From positions 1 through 34,240 of the IMG/VR virus record IMGVR_UViG_3300005805_000255: a DNA stretch of 34,240 bases; one strand, written 5' to 3'. Made by a program: the position numbers and the translations under genes. The notes under the pieces were generated by a model, which was not told where the DNA came from, did no database searches, and saw only the letters and a list, made by a program, of their open reading frames with translations. Shown in pieces: positions 24,760-34,240 of this stretch. Positions within the stretch are counted from its first letter, which is position 1. The number at the start of each line of letters is the position of its first letter. This stretch comes from a virus. Taxonomy: Duplodnaviria; Caudoviricetes.

Positions 24760-25515
24760 TTATCCAATTACCCAGGTCAAAGGTTGTGACCCGTCGACGT
24801 AATTCTTCAGATCTTCTATCAACTTTTCCATCTCTTCCTTGGCTTCGTTCTTCAGAGATTCTCCATTCAGTGTTGTTCCGCCCTGAGGCCCTGCAATCTG
24901 GCCAAACTTACTGCGAGCTTCACCCAGCGTATACTTACTCATGCTATAGGTATAATCTCGGATCCAGTTGCTGGTACGATAATCACTGAGTAACTGGATT
25001 TCGGGCTTCATGTTGAATGTCCAGAGCAAGAAAGTTTCACCAGAATTCTGTGGACGACGCACAATAATCAGCTTCTTGGTGACCGGATTGAACGTATAAT
25101 TCACATAACCACCAAACATTCTGGCAGTCATTTCCTGGTACTGAGTATATAGTTCATAGCTGAGCAATCCACCAGTACGACCCACTTTGAGCAAATAGGT
25201 GTTCAAATAGCCAGCTTCAAAGGGTTCGAACTGATTGCCTGCACTCTGCCCAGTGCTGCCAATAGTACGTCTGAATATTTGTCTCACAGTGGTGACTTCC
25301 TGAGGCAGAATGTATTCCTGCTGATCTTCCACCAGATCCAGAAATGCATAGCTTTCTTCTTCGGAATTTTGACTACGAGCTCGGTATGTCTGCACAGCTT
25401 TGGCATAGGCCATCTCCAGGTGGGCTGGATCAAGTTCTACGTCCACCATACCAGAACCCAATCTGAGTAATACATAGTCAAAAACACCCTGTTTCAATTC
25501 ATCTAATGTTGGCAT
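24760..25515 (-). CDS. gp13: Neck protein (T4 gp13-like)
   Basis: YVLLRLGSGMVDVELD...WIRDY...LGEARSKF..IAGPQGGTTLNG..LK.EA. Confidence 0.85.
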   Translation of the reverse strand: MPTLDELKQGVFDYVLLRLGSGMVDVELDPAHLEMAYAKAVQTYRARSQNSEEESYAFLDLVEDQQEYILPQEVTTVRQIFRRTIGSTGQSAGNQFEPFEAGYLNTYLLKVGRTGGLLSYELYTQYQEMTARMFGGYVNYTFNPVTKKLIIVRRPQNSGETFLLWTFNMKPEIQLLSDYRTSNWIRDYTYSMSKYTLGEARSKFGQIAGPQGGTTLNGESLKNEAKEEMEKLIEDLKNYVDGSQPLTWVIG

Positions 25516-25520
25516 ACAGT

Positions 25521-25545
25521 TATTTATTTTCTGTCACCATAAATA
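25521..25545. promoter_or_regulatory. Back-to-back TAAATA late promoters for the gp13-like and gp14-like genes
   Basis: Minus strand 25521-25526; plus strand 25540-25545. Confidence 0.7.
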
Positions 25546-25563
25546 ATCATGGAGATTGTAACA

Positions 25564-27030
25564 GTGCCCAGAATATCACTTTGGCAAGAAGGCAAACATT
25601 CAAATGACTATAAATTTATAGATCGCAACATTGCAGAAATGTTTACCGCGGGCGGTACTTCAATCTATATTCACAAATATCTGGGGCCTGCAGATAACAC
25701 TGTGAGCCTGAACACCAGCAACATCACTGTGACTGGCAACAGCATATTGCGATTCAGCAACACCAGCAACGTCAGCGTGGGCCAGTTTGTGTTTGGGACC
25801 AATATTCCCAGCAACACCAAAGTGGGTGCCAAGACTGCCAACACAGTGACCCTGACCAACAGCGTGAGCAACACCGTGGTTACTGGTTCTGCTATCAAAT
25901 TTAGCGCAATCAACGATGCCACACAACCAGTGTACACCAATCAGAGTGCAGTAAACATCCAGGATCTGTTGCTGTTGGAAAATCGTGATAGAAAATACGA
26001 TACCAATGTGTACAACCTCAGAGGCATATACAATGTACAGGATCTGGACTTTGATCTCAGCCAGTTTGGCTTGTTTTTACAGAACGACACTGTGTTTATC
26101 ACTTTTCATCTGAATGAAATGGTTCAGAGACTGGGACGAAAAATCATGAGCGGTGACGTCATAGAGCTGCCGCATCTGAAAGATTTTTACAGTCTGGACG
26201 AAACTGTGCCTGTTGCGCTGAAACGTTTCTATGTGGTCAAGGATGCTATACGCAGTGCAGAAGGATACAGTCCCACTTGGTGGCCGCATCTGTGGCGCAT
26301 CAAAGCTACGCCCTTGGTGGATAGTCAGGAATACAAACAGATTCTGAATCAGATCCAGGCAGGCACAGCCAACACCACACTGAAGGATCTGATCAGCACA
26401 GTGGACAAGTCCATACTGGCCAACGAAGCCATCATTGATCGCGCTGAACAACTGGTACCTGAAAGTGGTTATGACGTAACTCCTTACTGGATACCACCCA
26501 TGAGCGATGGTACAAAATACGGTACTCCATTGCCACCCGATGCCAGTCCAGTGGAGCGTTTTGAAGGTTATCTGGTGGGTACGAGTTCTGCTCCCAACGG
26601 CCGACCAGTTACCACTGGCACTGAATTCCCTGCCAATCCCAACGCCGGAGACTTCTTTCTCAGGCTAGATTTCTTTCCCAATCGACTGTTCCGTTATGAT
26701 GGAAAATCGCTCCGCAACATCACCCGTGAAAACGGGTTGGAGAATCTTGTGTTTTTAAAACAAGGCCGCCCGGTGGACAAGCCCGGTTCCCTTGCCCGAG
26801 TTTTTGCCATCAACGAAGACAAGGTCGGCAACTTGTGGATCGGTACGATCGATGCCGGCTTATGGAAATACGACGGAACCAATTTAACCAACTACACCGC
26901 CAAAGACGGACTGCCCGGCAATGCCATCTGGTATAGCTACAAGGACCATTCAGGTGAATTGTGGTTTGTTGTAGATGGGATGTCGATTGTCAGATACGAT
27001 GGCAAGGGCTTCAAAAACTTTGTTTTATAA
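25564..27030 (+). CDS. Chimeric ORF: phage gp14-like neck protein (to about 26,700) joined in frame to the C-terminus of a bacterial beta-propeller repeat protein
   Basis: Likely start GTG 25564 after GGAG; phage part IQDLLLLENRDRKYD, DLSQFGLFL, GDVIELPHL; bacterial part INEDKVGNLWIGT..AGLWKYDG..LTNYTAKDGLPGNAIW. Confidence 0.75.
   Translation: MPRISLWQEGKHSNDYKFIDRNIAEMFTAGGTSIYIHKYLGPADNTVSLNTSNITVTGNSILRFSNTSNVSVGQFVFGTNIPSNTKVGAKTANTVTLTNSVSNTVVTGSAIKFSAINDATQPVYTNQSAVNIQDLLLLENRDRKYDTNVYNLRGIYNVQDLDFDLSQFGLFLQNDTVFITFHLNEMVQRLGRKIMSGDVIELPHLKDFYSLDETVPVALKRFYVVKDAIRSAEGYSPTWWPHLWRIKATPLVDSQEYKQILNQIQAGTANTTLKDLISTVDKSILANEAIIDRAEQLVPESGYDVTPYWIPPMSDGTKYGTPLPPDASPVERFEGYLVGTSSAPNGRPVTTGTEFPANPNAGDFFLRLDFFPNRLFRYDGKSLRNITRENGLENLVFLKQGRPVDKPGSLARVFAINEDKVGNLWIGTIDAGLWKYDGTNLTNYTAKDGLPGNAIWYSYKDHSGELWFVVDGMSIVRYDGKGFKNFVL
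26688..26705. other. Phage/bacterial sequence junction
   Basis: Protein character switches at FRYDG (TTCCGTTATGATGG); codon style and expression signals differ on each side. Confidence 0.75.
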
Positions 27031-27132
27031 TTCACTAGCTTACCGGTATGCGGTCCTCACGGCAGCGGCAACCTACCTGTTCCACCCGTGCAGATGATCG
27101 GACCGATACCAATGAACTGACTTCAACTAGTT

Positions 27133-30100
27133 TTATTTGAAATTGTAGTTCGTTGGATTGGCGATGGTGACTGGTAGTTTGCTCCAGGTTTCGATCGCAT
27201 TCCGGGTACGTACAACAAGATAGAGTGATTGGCCAAGTAACGATGAAGGCAAGGTGGTCGAGCATGTACCGTTTTTCAGTAGCAACACCTGGCGCGTGGC
27301 AACTACCGTCGATGGGTTCGAGGTGGATCTCAGTTCAAGAGTGATGCTGTCGCATGCATTGGGGTTCGTGGATAGACCTGCATCGAATAGTAAGGCAGTC
27401 ATATTTCCATTACCGGTATAGAAGCCTTCAATCAGGAATTCGACGTTCAGTGTCAAGGCACTGACTGTTGTAACAGTGAAAATCAACATGTTGCTGTATC
27501 CGCAGTCTGTGATCACTCGGATACCTCCGGATGGACCGATCCCTGCAGGTAAAACAAACTGAACCATCGTGTCTCCCGATACAGTAAATGCGAATATGGA
27601 AATTGAATTAAACAGGATTTCTGAAGTATGCCAGAGTTGAGTCCCTTTAAGTGTTACAAGCGTGCCGGTAGGTCCGGATGACGGTGATATGGTGCTCAGT
27701 GTTGGAGCTGATGTTGAAAAATTGGTGATCGTAATTGTATTTGACGTGTCAACGACGGTTGCGCCACAATTATTTATACCTGTAACAACGCAGAAGATGG
27801 AATTTCCATTTTGAACCGTTAGGTTGATCGAGGCAGTGTTTGATCCCACCTGTACATTGTTTAAGAACCATCGGTATGTGCTGGCTGAATAGATATTCGT
27901 TAAAGTGCTTTGGAATGTCTGACTGACAGTGGTGCATTGAGGTCCCTGCACGCGGCTGATGCTGATGTCTGAAGCCCCCGCCGGTGGCGGATTGATGGTC
28001 ATGGTGATCACATTCGACGTATCGATGTGGCTGGGACTTGCACATAGGATATTCGAGGTCATTATACACCGTACCGTCTGGCCATTGGTGAGGGTACTGG
28101 TAGTGAACGTGGGGCTGTTGGTGCCTGCGTTTATGCCGTTCACCTGCCACTGGTACGAGGGTGATGTTCCACCGTTGGCCGTAGTGGCTGTAAAAGTGAC
28201 AGGATTGCCCGTGCAGCTGACATTACCATTGCTTGCTGCAATTGTTACAGTAGGCCAAGAGTAGAGATTCACCGTCATAGTGATTTGGGATGTATCCTTC
28301 TTCGGGGTGGCACAGGTGGCATTGGAAGTGAGGATACAACGTATCTGGTCGCCATTATTGAGCGAACCGATCGTGTAAGTGGGGGTCGATGCTACCGTGA
28401 ATCCGTTTATCTGCCATTGGTAAACGGGTGCACTCCCGCCATTAACGATGGTGGAGCTAAAGGTGACAGTAGTCCCTACGCATATGGTGTTGCCGGTATT
28501 TGCGGCAATAGTGATATCAGGTATGACTACTGGAACCACAATCATGGTAGCCACATACGATGTGTCTTTTGTTGTGGTTAAACAGGGGGCGTTTGAGGTG
28601 AGGATACAGCGTACCTGATCGCCGTTCGCGAGGGTGTTGCTCGTAAAGGTGGGGCTGTTGTTTCCTACATTACTTCCGTTTATTTGCCATTGGTAAGATG
28701 GCGCGGTGCCACCATTCAATGCCTGGATTGAAAACGTCACGGAAGTGCCTGCGCATATGGTGTCGGCTGCATTCCATGACAGCATTGCCACAGGTGTGAC
28801 ATTTGAATTTACCGTCATGTTGATGGTGGTGGACGTGTCTTTCGTTGTACTTGCACAGGTCGCATTGGAGGTGAGGATACAGCGCACCTTTTCTCCGTTT
28901 GAGAATGATCCCGGAGAATAAACAGGACTGTTTGATCCGACATTGGCACCGTTTCTTTGCCATTGATACGAGGGTGTACTGCCTCCATTGACTGCGTTGG
29001 CGGTGAAAGTGACATTGTTTCCTGCACAGACTATGCTGTCCGGACTTACGACGATGGTGATGTCAGGAGTAACAATTGGATTCACCGTCATCGTGATGGC
29101 CAGTGAAGTGTCTTTGGTGGTGGTCGTACAGTTGGCGCTTGAAGTCAGGATACATCTTACCTGTTGGCCGTTAGTCAGTATACCGGTGGTAAATGTTGCG
29201 CTGTTAGAGCCTACATTGCTTCCATTTACCTGCCAAGTATAAAAAGGGGTTGTGCCGCCGTTGACGGGTGTTGCTGTGAAGGTGACGGAGGTACCAGCGC
29301 AAATGGTGCTGCCGGTATTGGCGGCTATGGTGACATCGGGTGTGACAACAGGATTCACAATCATCGTAATGGCCAGAGAGGTGTCTTTCGTCGGACTGGC
29401 ACAGGTGGCATTTGAGGTCAGTATACAGCGTACTTGCTGCCCGTTAGAAAGTGTGCTGGTAGTATAGGTCGGACTATTGTTTCCTACATCACTGCCGTTC
29501 ACCTGCCATTGATAAGACGGTGTTGAGCCACCGTTGACAGGTGTTGCGGTGAAGGTGACGGATGTTCCTGCACAAATAGTACTTCCAGGACTGGCAGCGA
29601 TAGTTAGATCGGGTGTAACCAATGGATTCACCGTAACGACCTGGGTAGCACTTCCTGCACAGCCCAGGTTACCGTATGTAAGGGACACTGTGTAGTTGGC
29701 TGCTGGAGTTGAGGGGGTTGTGGTGTATGTTTGGGTGCTAGCCAATCCTCCCCAATTGTAAGTTTCAGCCTGGGGAGCAGTGAGCGTTACCGGATTTCCC
29801 TGGCAAACGGTATCGTTCGGACTACTATTGATCACCGCGTCCGGCCGGTCGACGTCCACATGCAATGAATAGGAAGAACATGTCACGCCGGTTGTGACGG
29901 CATGCACTACAAGCACCAGCGTGTCGCCCGGGGGTATGTCGATTGAAAATAATTTCTCACCCCCGGTGAACGATCCGATATCGCCCATGTAATTTGTGCA
30001 AAGCGAGTTGGGGTTGAAACTGTTGAGGTAGGCAACGCAGAAGATATCCGTGCAGGTCGATTTCAGGAATATGGTGGCGCAAGCTGAGTTGGTTAAGTCG

Positions 30101-33100
30101 TGGTTGACGACGGAGTGGGTTTTATAAGATCGGTTGCCAGTTGCAGCAGCTAGCGAAGGACAGGATTTCTGTACACCGCAGTTGCTGACTACGCCTGTTC
30201 TATTCAAACGGCCGACCTGCACAGGTGTTGAAGTTCCGATCGAATTATTGAACGCATAATCGCCGATCTTTTTCGTGTCGGTAGCAGTGGCCGTGCAGCC
30301 ATTGACGTCGGTGACTGTGACGGTGAATGTGCCCGATGTGGCCGTGGAGATACTACTGGTTGTTGCACCGGTCGACCACGAGTAGCTGACATTCGGACTG
30401 GCGGTAGTCGAAAAATTGATAGTGTTGTTATTGGAATGACAAATTACATCAGCACCATTGATGACTACGGTGGGGTTAGTCACCACGGTTATGGTCTGCG
30501 AATCAGACCTCGTACATCCAACGTTTCCATAACCGACTGTGACGGTGAAAGTACCGGCAGTACTTACAGTAATGGTTGGGGTTGTTGCTCCGTTGCTCCA
30601 CGAATAATTGTTAGCAACAGATTGCAGGCCAAGTAGGGCAGACTGTCCTGAACAAATGGTATCGTCGGGTGTTGCGGTGATTTGGGTGTTTCGCTCAATA
30701 TCGACACTGAGCGTATAGGCGGAGCAGGTGCTCAGTGAGCTTGACATTTGCACCAGGATGAGGGCAGTATCGTTGGGAGGGATGCGTACTTGGAACCTTG
30801 GGTTCAACTCGGCACTTGTACCATTATCGCCCAGGTAATTCGTGCATAGGCCGGCGGAAGGAGAATAGGTGTTCAGATAGGCGACTGCCCACAGATTCGT
30901 ACAAGATCCGCTCAATAGGATATCGGCGCATACCGTATCGCTATTGTTATTGGGGACACGGTGAATGTCGTAGTAATAGGAGCTGCTGATACTGAATACT
31001 CCAGGACAGTTCTTTTGCGTGATGCAACCGGATTCAACACCGTTTCGGCTAAGCCTTCCGATTTGAATGCTATCTCCCGCAATAAGCGAGCCCGTGAAAC
31101 GGAAGTCTCCGATATGGACGCGAGCTGTGTCACTTGCGGTACAACCAGAACCCGTTACCGTGAGTACGTACAGGTCCGGTTGGGTGACCAAGATGTTGCT
31201 GGTGGTCGCTCCGGTGGACCATTGGTACGACAAAATGCCGGTACCAGATGAACTCAAGGTGTAACCTCCGATTTCCGGATGACAATTGTTAAATCCGGTG
31301 GTCGATACGGTTGGCGGAGAAAACACACGCATGGTGATGCCGCTGCTTGTAACCGAAGTCGAATTACTGCAGGCATCGGCTGTAGGTGTTATTGTGCACG
31401 TTACCACATCGTTGTTTACAAGGGTAGCGGTACTGAATGTGGAAGAGTTTGTTCCGACGTTGCTGCCATTTACTTTCCACTGATAAGTCGGACTGCTTCC
31501 TCCGTTCAGCACTGTTGCTGTGAAGGTGGCTGTGTTTCCAGTACAGATGCTGTCATTGGGTGAAACAACGACGCTCACTGTGGTCGTCACAATCGGATTC
31601 ACCGTCATGGTGATGGCCAGCGAAGTGTCCTTTGTGGGACTTGCACACGCTGCATTGGATGTGAGGATGCATCGTACCTGTTGCCCGTTGGTCAAGGTGC
31701 TCGTCGTGAAGGTTGCACTATTGGTCCCTACGTTACTGCCATTCACCTGCCATTGGTACGAGGGAGTGGTTCCTCCATTGACTGGAGCGGCGGTGAAGGT
31801 GACGGAGGTGCCGGAACAGATCGTGGTTCCGGGACTGGCGGCGATGGTAACGTCGGGGGTCACCGTGCTATTCACGGTCATGGTGATGGCCAGCGAGGTG
31901 TCCTTGGTGGGACTTGCACATGCAGCATTCGAGGTGAGTATGCAACGCACCTGTTGACCATTGGTCAAGGTACTTGTTGTGAAAGTCGCACTATTGGTTC
32001 CTACGTTACTTCCGTTCACCTGCCACTGGTAAGAAGGCGTCGTGCCGCCGTTGACCGGAGTAGCCGTAAATGTGACGGAGGTCCCTGTACAAATCGTAGT
32101 ACCGGGACTGGCAGAGATGGTGATGTCCGGTACAAGTGAACTGTTTACCGTCATCGTGATACTGTTAGAAGTCACCACGGCGTTGCATTCACCGGTTTGA
32201 GTAATGACACAAGTGATGACCGCACCGTTGGTTAGTGTGGCATCGGAATACGTTGAGCTGTTGGTTCCTACGTTGGCACCGTTCTTTTTCCATTGGTAAG
32301 CGATCGTGGTACCTGTAGGAACAGTCGTTGTTGCAGTGAATGTTACTGATGTTCCAGAGCAGATGCTTGTCTGACTGGCACTGATGCTGATGGTAGGAGG
32401 TGTTACGGTATTGGCCGTCATCGGAGTGTTGGGGGACACACATATACCCAGTCCCAAGGAGAAGAATCGGATGGCTTGATCGTTTCCACCAGTGATTTCG
32501 GAGGTATTGAACACGCGCTTGGCATCACCAGTAGCGATGAGCGCATGCATCACAGCCAGGTTGTTGATCACATGATCCAGCATATGCCAGTGTCCGAGTT
32601 CATGCAGGGCCACCGTTTCAAAATCAATTTCCGTGAGGGATGGTAAGGAAGGTCCGAACTCCCATACTGTTGCATCATCGAAAACGATATCCTGGTCGGT
32701 GACATAAAATACAGTGTCGCTCGGGCTTGCACACCCACTTAGTGAACTGGTTGCCCGGCCAAGGACACCGGCTGGAAGTCCGTTTCCATTGTCAAAACGG
32801 ACAATATTGGTCCCGTCATTCAAAGCAGTATCGATGGCGGAGTTTGCGCCCACCACCCAATTTACTTCGGTCTCACATTTCCAGGTAAAAAATGCTCTGT
32901 TAAATGAGGCGGTGGCGTTGGCATTGGCTGCGAATTCGGTATGGAAGCTCATAGAATAACCACCCGATCCGTTGTCGTTCATTACATCTCCGAAATGCCC
33001 GTTCCCGTTGAATTCCAGATTGAGGGCCGAGTAAAGGATGGTCAGTGTTGATGCCGAAGTAGCTTGATTGGGAGAGGTGGTACTGTTGGTGACGCGGATC

Positions 33101-33951
33101 TGACCGGTACCGGCTGAGGGGCCATTGCTCAATGATTTGCTGGGTACGCGCACCTGGATTTGCGTATCCGACCAACTCACATAATCCTTCAGGTTGGGTT
33201 GCACCCACGATACGGTGGAGGGACTGTTGGCATTCCTGAACTCAACAAACCCCGAACCCTTCGTGGCACCGAAACCTGTACCCGTGATGGTCAGGATACT
33301 GCGTGTACCTGCATTGATGGTTGTCGGGCTGAATCCGCTGATCGTTGGAACAGCCTGTACTGAAATGCCTCCGTTCTGTTTGGGAGTTGTACCGGCTGAA
33401 CCTGTGGGCGACTGAGGCAGTACAATGACCGGATCGCTTAGTCCCAGGCGTTTGAGTAGTTCGAATACTCCGGTCCTCCCTTCCCGAAGGATAATGAAGG
33501 GCGCAACAGCTTCGTTATCTTCCGTGTACCGCAGGAAACCTTGCTCCGCAGCATACACCTCAAAGCTGGACGATGCAGAGGCAGGATCATGTTGAAAGCC
33601 GAAGCGGGCAGGATAAAGGAAGAATAGACCGGCGTCGCCCGGTTTGAACACATTCTCGGAACTGACAGTCATCCTGTTGAGTCCCACCTGACCGCCCTCG
33701 GTGATCACTTGTATTGTGTTGGCTGGGGCATTGCCCTTAAAGACGGTGTGAAGTTGCACGGTGTTCACCGTATAGATCCGCCGGAGTTCGGGTTCGGCAT
33801 AGGATTGAACTGCTATGATACGTCCTTCGACGATGAGCGGGCTCGATTGAATTTTCTGTTCCGTGCTGATGGGGACAAGCATACAACCGTTTTGGGCTTG
33901 ACCGGAAACGCTTGCCAAAAGGAGAAGTGAAAAAAGAAGAATGCGGTACAT
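27133..33951 (-). CDS. Large secreted Bacteroidota-type protein: signal peptide, IPT/TIG-like domain, metzincin-like (M10/matrixin-like) metalloprotease domain, multiple Ig-like repeats
   Basis: Hydrophobic signal peptide ending GQA-Q; HELGHWHMLDH followed by AVMH; about ten ~90-aa repeats ICxGTSVTFTATPVNGGxxPSYQWQVNG; C-terminal LIEGFY...RNAIETWS domain. Confidence 0.85.
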   Translation of the reverse strand: MYRILLFSLLLLASVSGQAQNGCMLVPISTEQKIQSSPLIVEGRIIAVQSYAEPELRRIYTVNTVQLHTVFKGNAPANTIQVITEGGQVGLNRMTVSSENVFKPGDAGLFFLYPARFGFQHDPASASSSFEVYAAEQGFLRYTEDNEAVAPFIILREGRTGVFELLKRLGLSDPVIVLPQSPTGSAGTTPKQNGGISVQAVPTISGFSPTTINAGTRSILTITGTGFGATKGSGFVEFRNANSPSTVSWVQPNLKDYVSWSDTQIQVRVPSKSLSNGPSAGTGQIRVTNSTTSPNQATSASTLTILYSALNLEFNGNGHFGDVMNDNGSGGYSMSFHTEFAANANATASFNRAFFTWKCETEVNWVVGANSAIDTALNDGTNIVRFDNGNGLPAGVLGRATSSLSGCASPSDTVFYVTDQDIVFDDATVWEFGPSLPSLTEIDFETVALHELGHWHMLDHVINNLAVMHALIATGDAKRVFNTSEITGGNDQAIRFFSLGLGICVSPNTPMTANTVTPPTISISASQTSICSGTSVTFTATTTVPTGTTIAYQWKKNGANVGTNSSTYSDATLTNGAVITCVITQTGECNAVVTSNSITMTVNSSLVPDITISASPGTTICTGTSVTFTATPVNGGTTPSYQWQVNGSNVGTNSATFTTSTLTNGQQVRCILTSNAACASPTKDTSLAITMTVNSTVTPDVTIAASPGTTICSGTSVTFTAAPVNGGTTPSYQWQVNGSNVGTNSATFTTSTLTNGQQVRCILTSNAACASPTKDTSLAITMTVNPIVTTTVSVVVSPNDSICTGNTATFTATVLNGGSSPTYQWKVNGSNVGTNSSTFSTATLVNNDVVTCTITPTADACSNSTSVTSSGITMRVFSPPTVSTTGFNNCHPEIGGYTLSSSGTGILSYQWSTGATTSNILVTQPDLYVLTVTGSGCTASDTARVHIGDFRFTGSLIAGDSIQIGRLSRNGVESGCITQKNCPGVFSISSSYYYDIHRVPNNNSDTVCADILLSGSCTNLWAVAYLNTYSPSAGLCTNYLGDNGTSAELNPRFQVRIPPNDTALILVQMSSSLSTCSAYTLSVDIERNTQITATPDDTICSGQSALLGLQSVANNYSWSNGATTPTITVSTAGTFTVTVGYGNVGCTRSDSQTITVVTNPTVVINGADVICHSNNNTINFSTTASPNVSYSWSTGATTSSISTATSGTFTVTVTDVNGCTATATDTKKIGDYAFNNSIGTSTPVQVGRLNRTGVVSNCGVQKSCPSLAAATGNRSYKTHSVVNHDLTNSACATIFLKSTCTDIFCVAYLNSFNPNSLCTNYMGDIGSFTGGEKLFSIDIPPGDTLVLVVHAVTTGVTCSSYSLHVDVDRPDAVINSSPNDTVCQGNPVTLTAPQAETYNWGGLASTQTYTTTPSTPAANYTVSLTYGNLGCAGSATQVVTVNPLVTPDLTIAASPGSTICAGTSVTFTATPVNGGSTPSYQWQVNGSDVGNNSPTYTTSTLSNGQQVRCILTSNATCASPTKDTSLAITMIVNPVVTPDVTIAANTGSTICAGTSVTFTATPVNGGTTPFYTWQVNGSNVGSNSATFTTGILTNGQQVRCILTSSANCTTTTKDTSLAITMTVNPIVTPDITIVVSPDSIVCAGNNVTFTANAVNGGSTPSYQWQRNGANVGSNSPVYSPGSFSNGEKVRCILTSNATCASTTKDTSTTINMTVNSNVTPVAMLSWNAADTICAGTSVTFSIQALNGGTAPSYQWQINGSNVGNNSPTFTSNTLANGDQVRCILTSNAPCLTTTKDTSYVATMIVVPVVIPDITIAANTGNTICVGTTVTFSSTIVNGGSAPVYQWQINGFTVASTPTYTIGSLNNGDQIRCILTSNATCATPKKDTSQITMTVNLYSWPTVTIAASNGNVSCTGNPVTFTATTANGGTSPSYQWQVNGINAGTNSPTFTTSTLTNGQTVRCIMTSNILCASPSHIDTSNVITMTINPPPAGASDISISRVQGPQCTTVSQTFQSTLTNIYSASTYRWFLNNVQVGSNTASINLTVQNGNSIFCVVTGINNCGATVVDTSNTITITNFSTSAPTLSTISPSSGPTGTLVTLKGTQLWHTSEILFNSISIFAFTVSGDTMVQFVLPAGIGPSGGIRVITDCGYSNMLIFTVTTVSALTLNVEFLIEGFYTGNGNMTALLFDAGLSTNPNACDSITLELRSTSNPSTVVATRQVLLLKNGTCSTTLPSSLLGQSLYLVVRTRNAIETWSKLPVTIANPTNYNFK
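31600..32150. repeat. Two adjacent highly similar ~273-nt intragenic repeats (Ig-like units); further copies at about 28,000-29,630
   Basis: Both encode PSYQWQVNGSNVGTNSATFTTSTLTNGQQVRCILTSNAACASPTKDTSLAITMTVN. Confidence 0.85.
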
Positions 33952-33973
33952 GGTTTTTAAAATTTAGTCCAAG

Positions 33974-34005
33974 GAAATTTAGAAACTTATTGAATCGGGT
34001 ACAAA
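33974..34005 (-). promoter_or_regulatory. Bacteroidota-type housekeeping promoter
   Basis: TTTG-N20-TAAATTTC (one mismatch to TAnnTTTG); the start context TTTAAAAACCATG is A-rich with no SD. Confidence 0.5.
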
Positions 34006-34240
34006 TCTTTTTTAAAGGTTGTTGGAGTATCATATCGTCATAGTTTGATGGGATAACCCCCCCCTCATCATCGAAACCATTCATTTGGATTAAAACCGAT
34101 ATTCGAAACCTATTTCGCTGATATTGTTTCAATTAAGAACTTTGCTAATGATTGATGCCGGTTGTGGTGATTGCACTGAAGTGATTGGTTGAATAGCTTT
34201 ACTCGTTTACTTTTAATCTACTCCTCCTGCAGGGTATGAC

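Noticed and set aside
339-26700. Stop-codon reassignment in the phage
   Set aside because: Core genes are full length and tightly packed under the standard code.
26688-26705. Junction as a prophage att site
   Set aside because: It lies inside a structural gene, no integrase or tRNA is nearby, and the phage signals do not suit a Bacteroidota host.
33737-34132. 131-aa minus-strand ORF and the many small ORFs inside the 2272-aa gene
   Set aside because: Out-of-frame or antisense overlaps of a clear long gene, with no independent support.
1-34240. tRNA or rRNA genes
   Set aside because: No cloverleaf or rRNA-like segment recognised by eye in the short intergenic spaces; tRNAscan-SE was not run.

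Overview
Positions 1 to about 26,700 are a segment of a large T4-like (myovirus-type) phage genome, mostly on the minus strand. It has (i) a variable early region (1-4,700) of small hypothetical genes, many with their own sigma70-type promoter (TTGACA-N17/18-TAnnnT), plus a repeated ~25-bp TAAC-N17-GTTA motif and several inverted repeats; (ii) a recombination block (uvsY, uvsX, gp32 SSB); (iii) a packaging/head block (terminase large subunit, probable small subunit, gp4-like head completion protein, two HNH genes) enclosing six genes whose products look like capsid-targeted, protease-processed internal head proteins; and (iv) a tail/neck block (tube paralog, tube, 1075-aa sheath, dNMP kinase, gp13- and gp14-like neck proteins) under TAAATA late promoters. 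At about 26,690-26,703, inside the gp14-like gene and in frame at an R-Y-D-G motif, the sequence switches to Bacteroidota-type DNA: the 3' end of a beta-propeller repeat gene, then a 2272-aa secreted metalloprotease/Ig-repeat protein. The transcription and translation signals differ on the two sides, so an assembly chimera is more likely than a prophage boundary. The best novelty candidates are a putative virion polyprotein system (zinc-ribbon and basic modules bounded by protease-type hydrophobic-X-E sites), a structured, possibly pseudoknotted RNA leader before the homing endonuclease, promoter-plus-repeat gene cassettes, and systematic leaderless gene starts. All product calls come from motif recognition by eye; no database search was run.
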